Shown here: in pieces, positions 63,991 through 64,000 of the stretch
Layout: every line of letters starts with the position of its first letter
Position numbering within the stretch: position 1 is the first letter of the stretch
Notes under the pieces: model-generated
Database searches by the model: none
Seen by the model: only the letters and a program-made list of their open reading frames with translations
Told to the model about the DNA's origin: nothing
Source of the DNA: Torpedo marmorata
Taxonomy: Eukaryota
NCBI GenBank assembly: GCA_977017645.1
Contig: OZ360222.1
Span: 209,374,001-209,438,000, forward strand
Length of the DNA: 64,000 nucleotides
Reading direction: 5' to 3'
Program-made: the position numbers and the translations under genes

Positions 63991-64000
63991 CACAAGAACT

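Overview
Vertebrate genomic DNA with no recognisable host protein-coding exon, dominated by retrotransposons. The repeat repertoire suggests a cartilaginous fish; this is an inference from recalled elasmobranch repeats. Positions 1-10.6 kb are a nested stack: a CR1 LINE is split by a once full-length L1 (13-bp target-site duplication, TSD), which carries a Gypsy LTR element and two Penelope-like elements (PLEs); a third PLE abuts the CR1. All three PLE tails carry a minimal hammerhead-ribozyme motif, and two copies show 5' inversions. The window also holds a near full-length CR1 with tandem hairpin 5' monomers and a zinc-finger/SGNH-esterase ORF1 (45.3-49.8 kb), several Rex1/Babar LINEs, many tRNA-derived V-type SINEs, two copies of a pogo/Tigger-like MITE, and Harbinger and Gypsy relics. 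A 5S-rRNA-derived SINE and a GC-rich non-coding retroelement share a Rex1-type 3' stem-loop tail. Several repeat-free, homeodomain-site-rich blocks look like conserved non-coding elements. There are three assembly gaps. Family names rest on motif recognition only; no searches were run.
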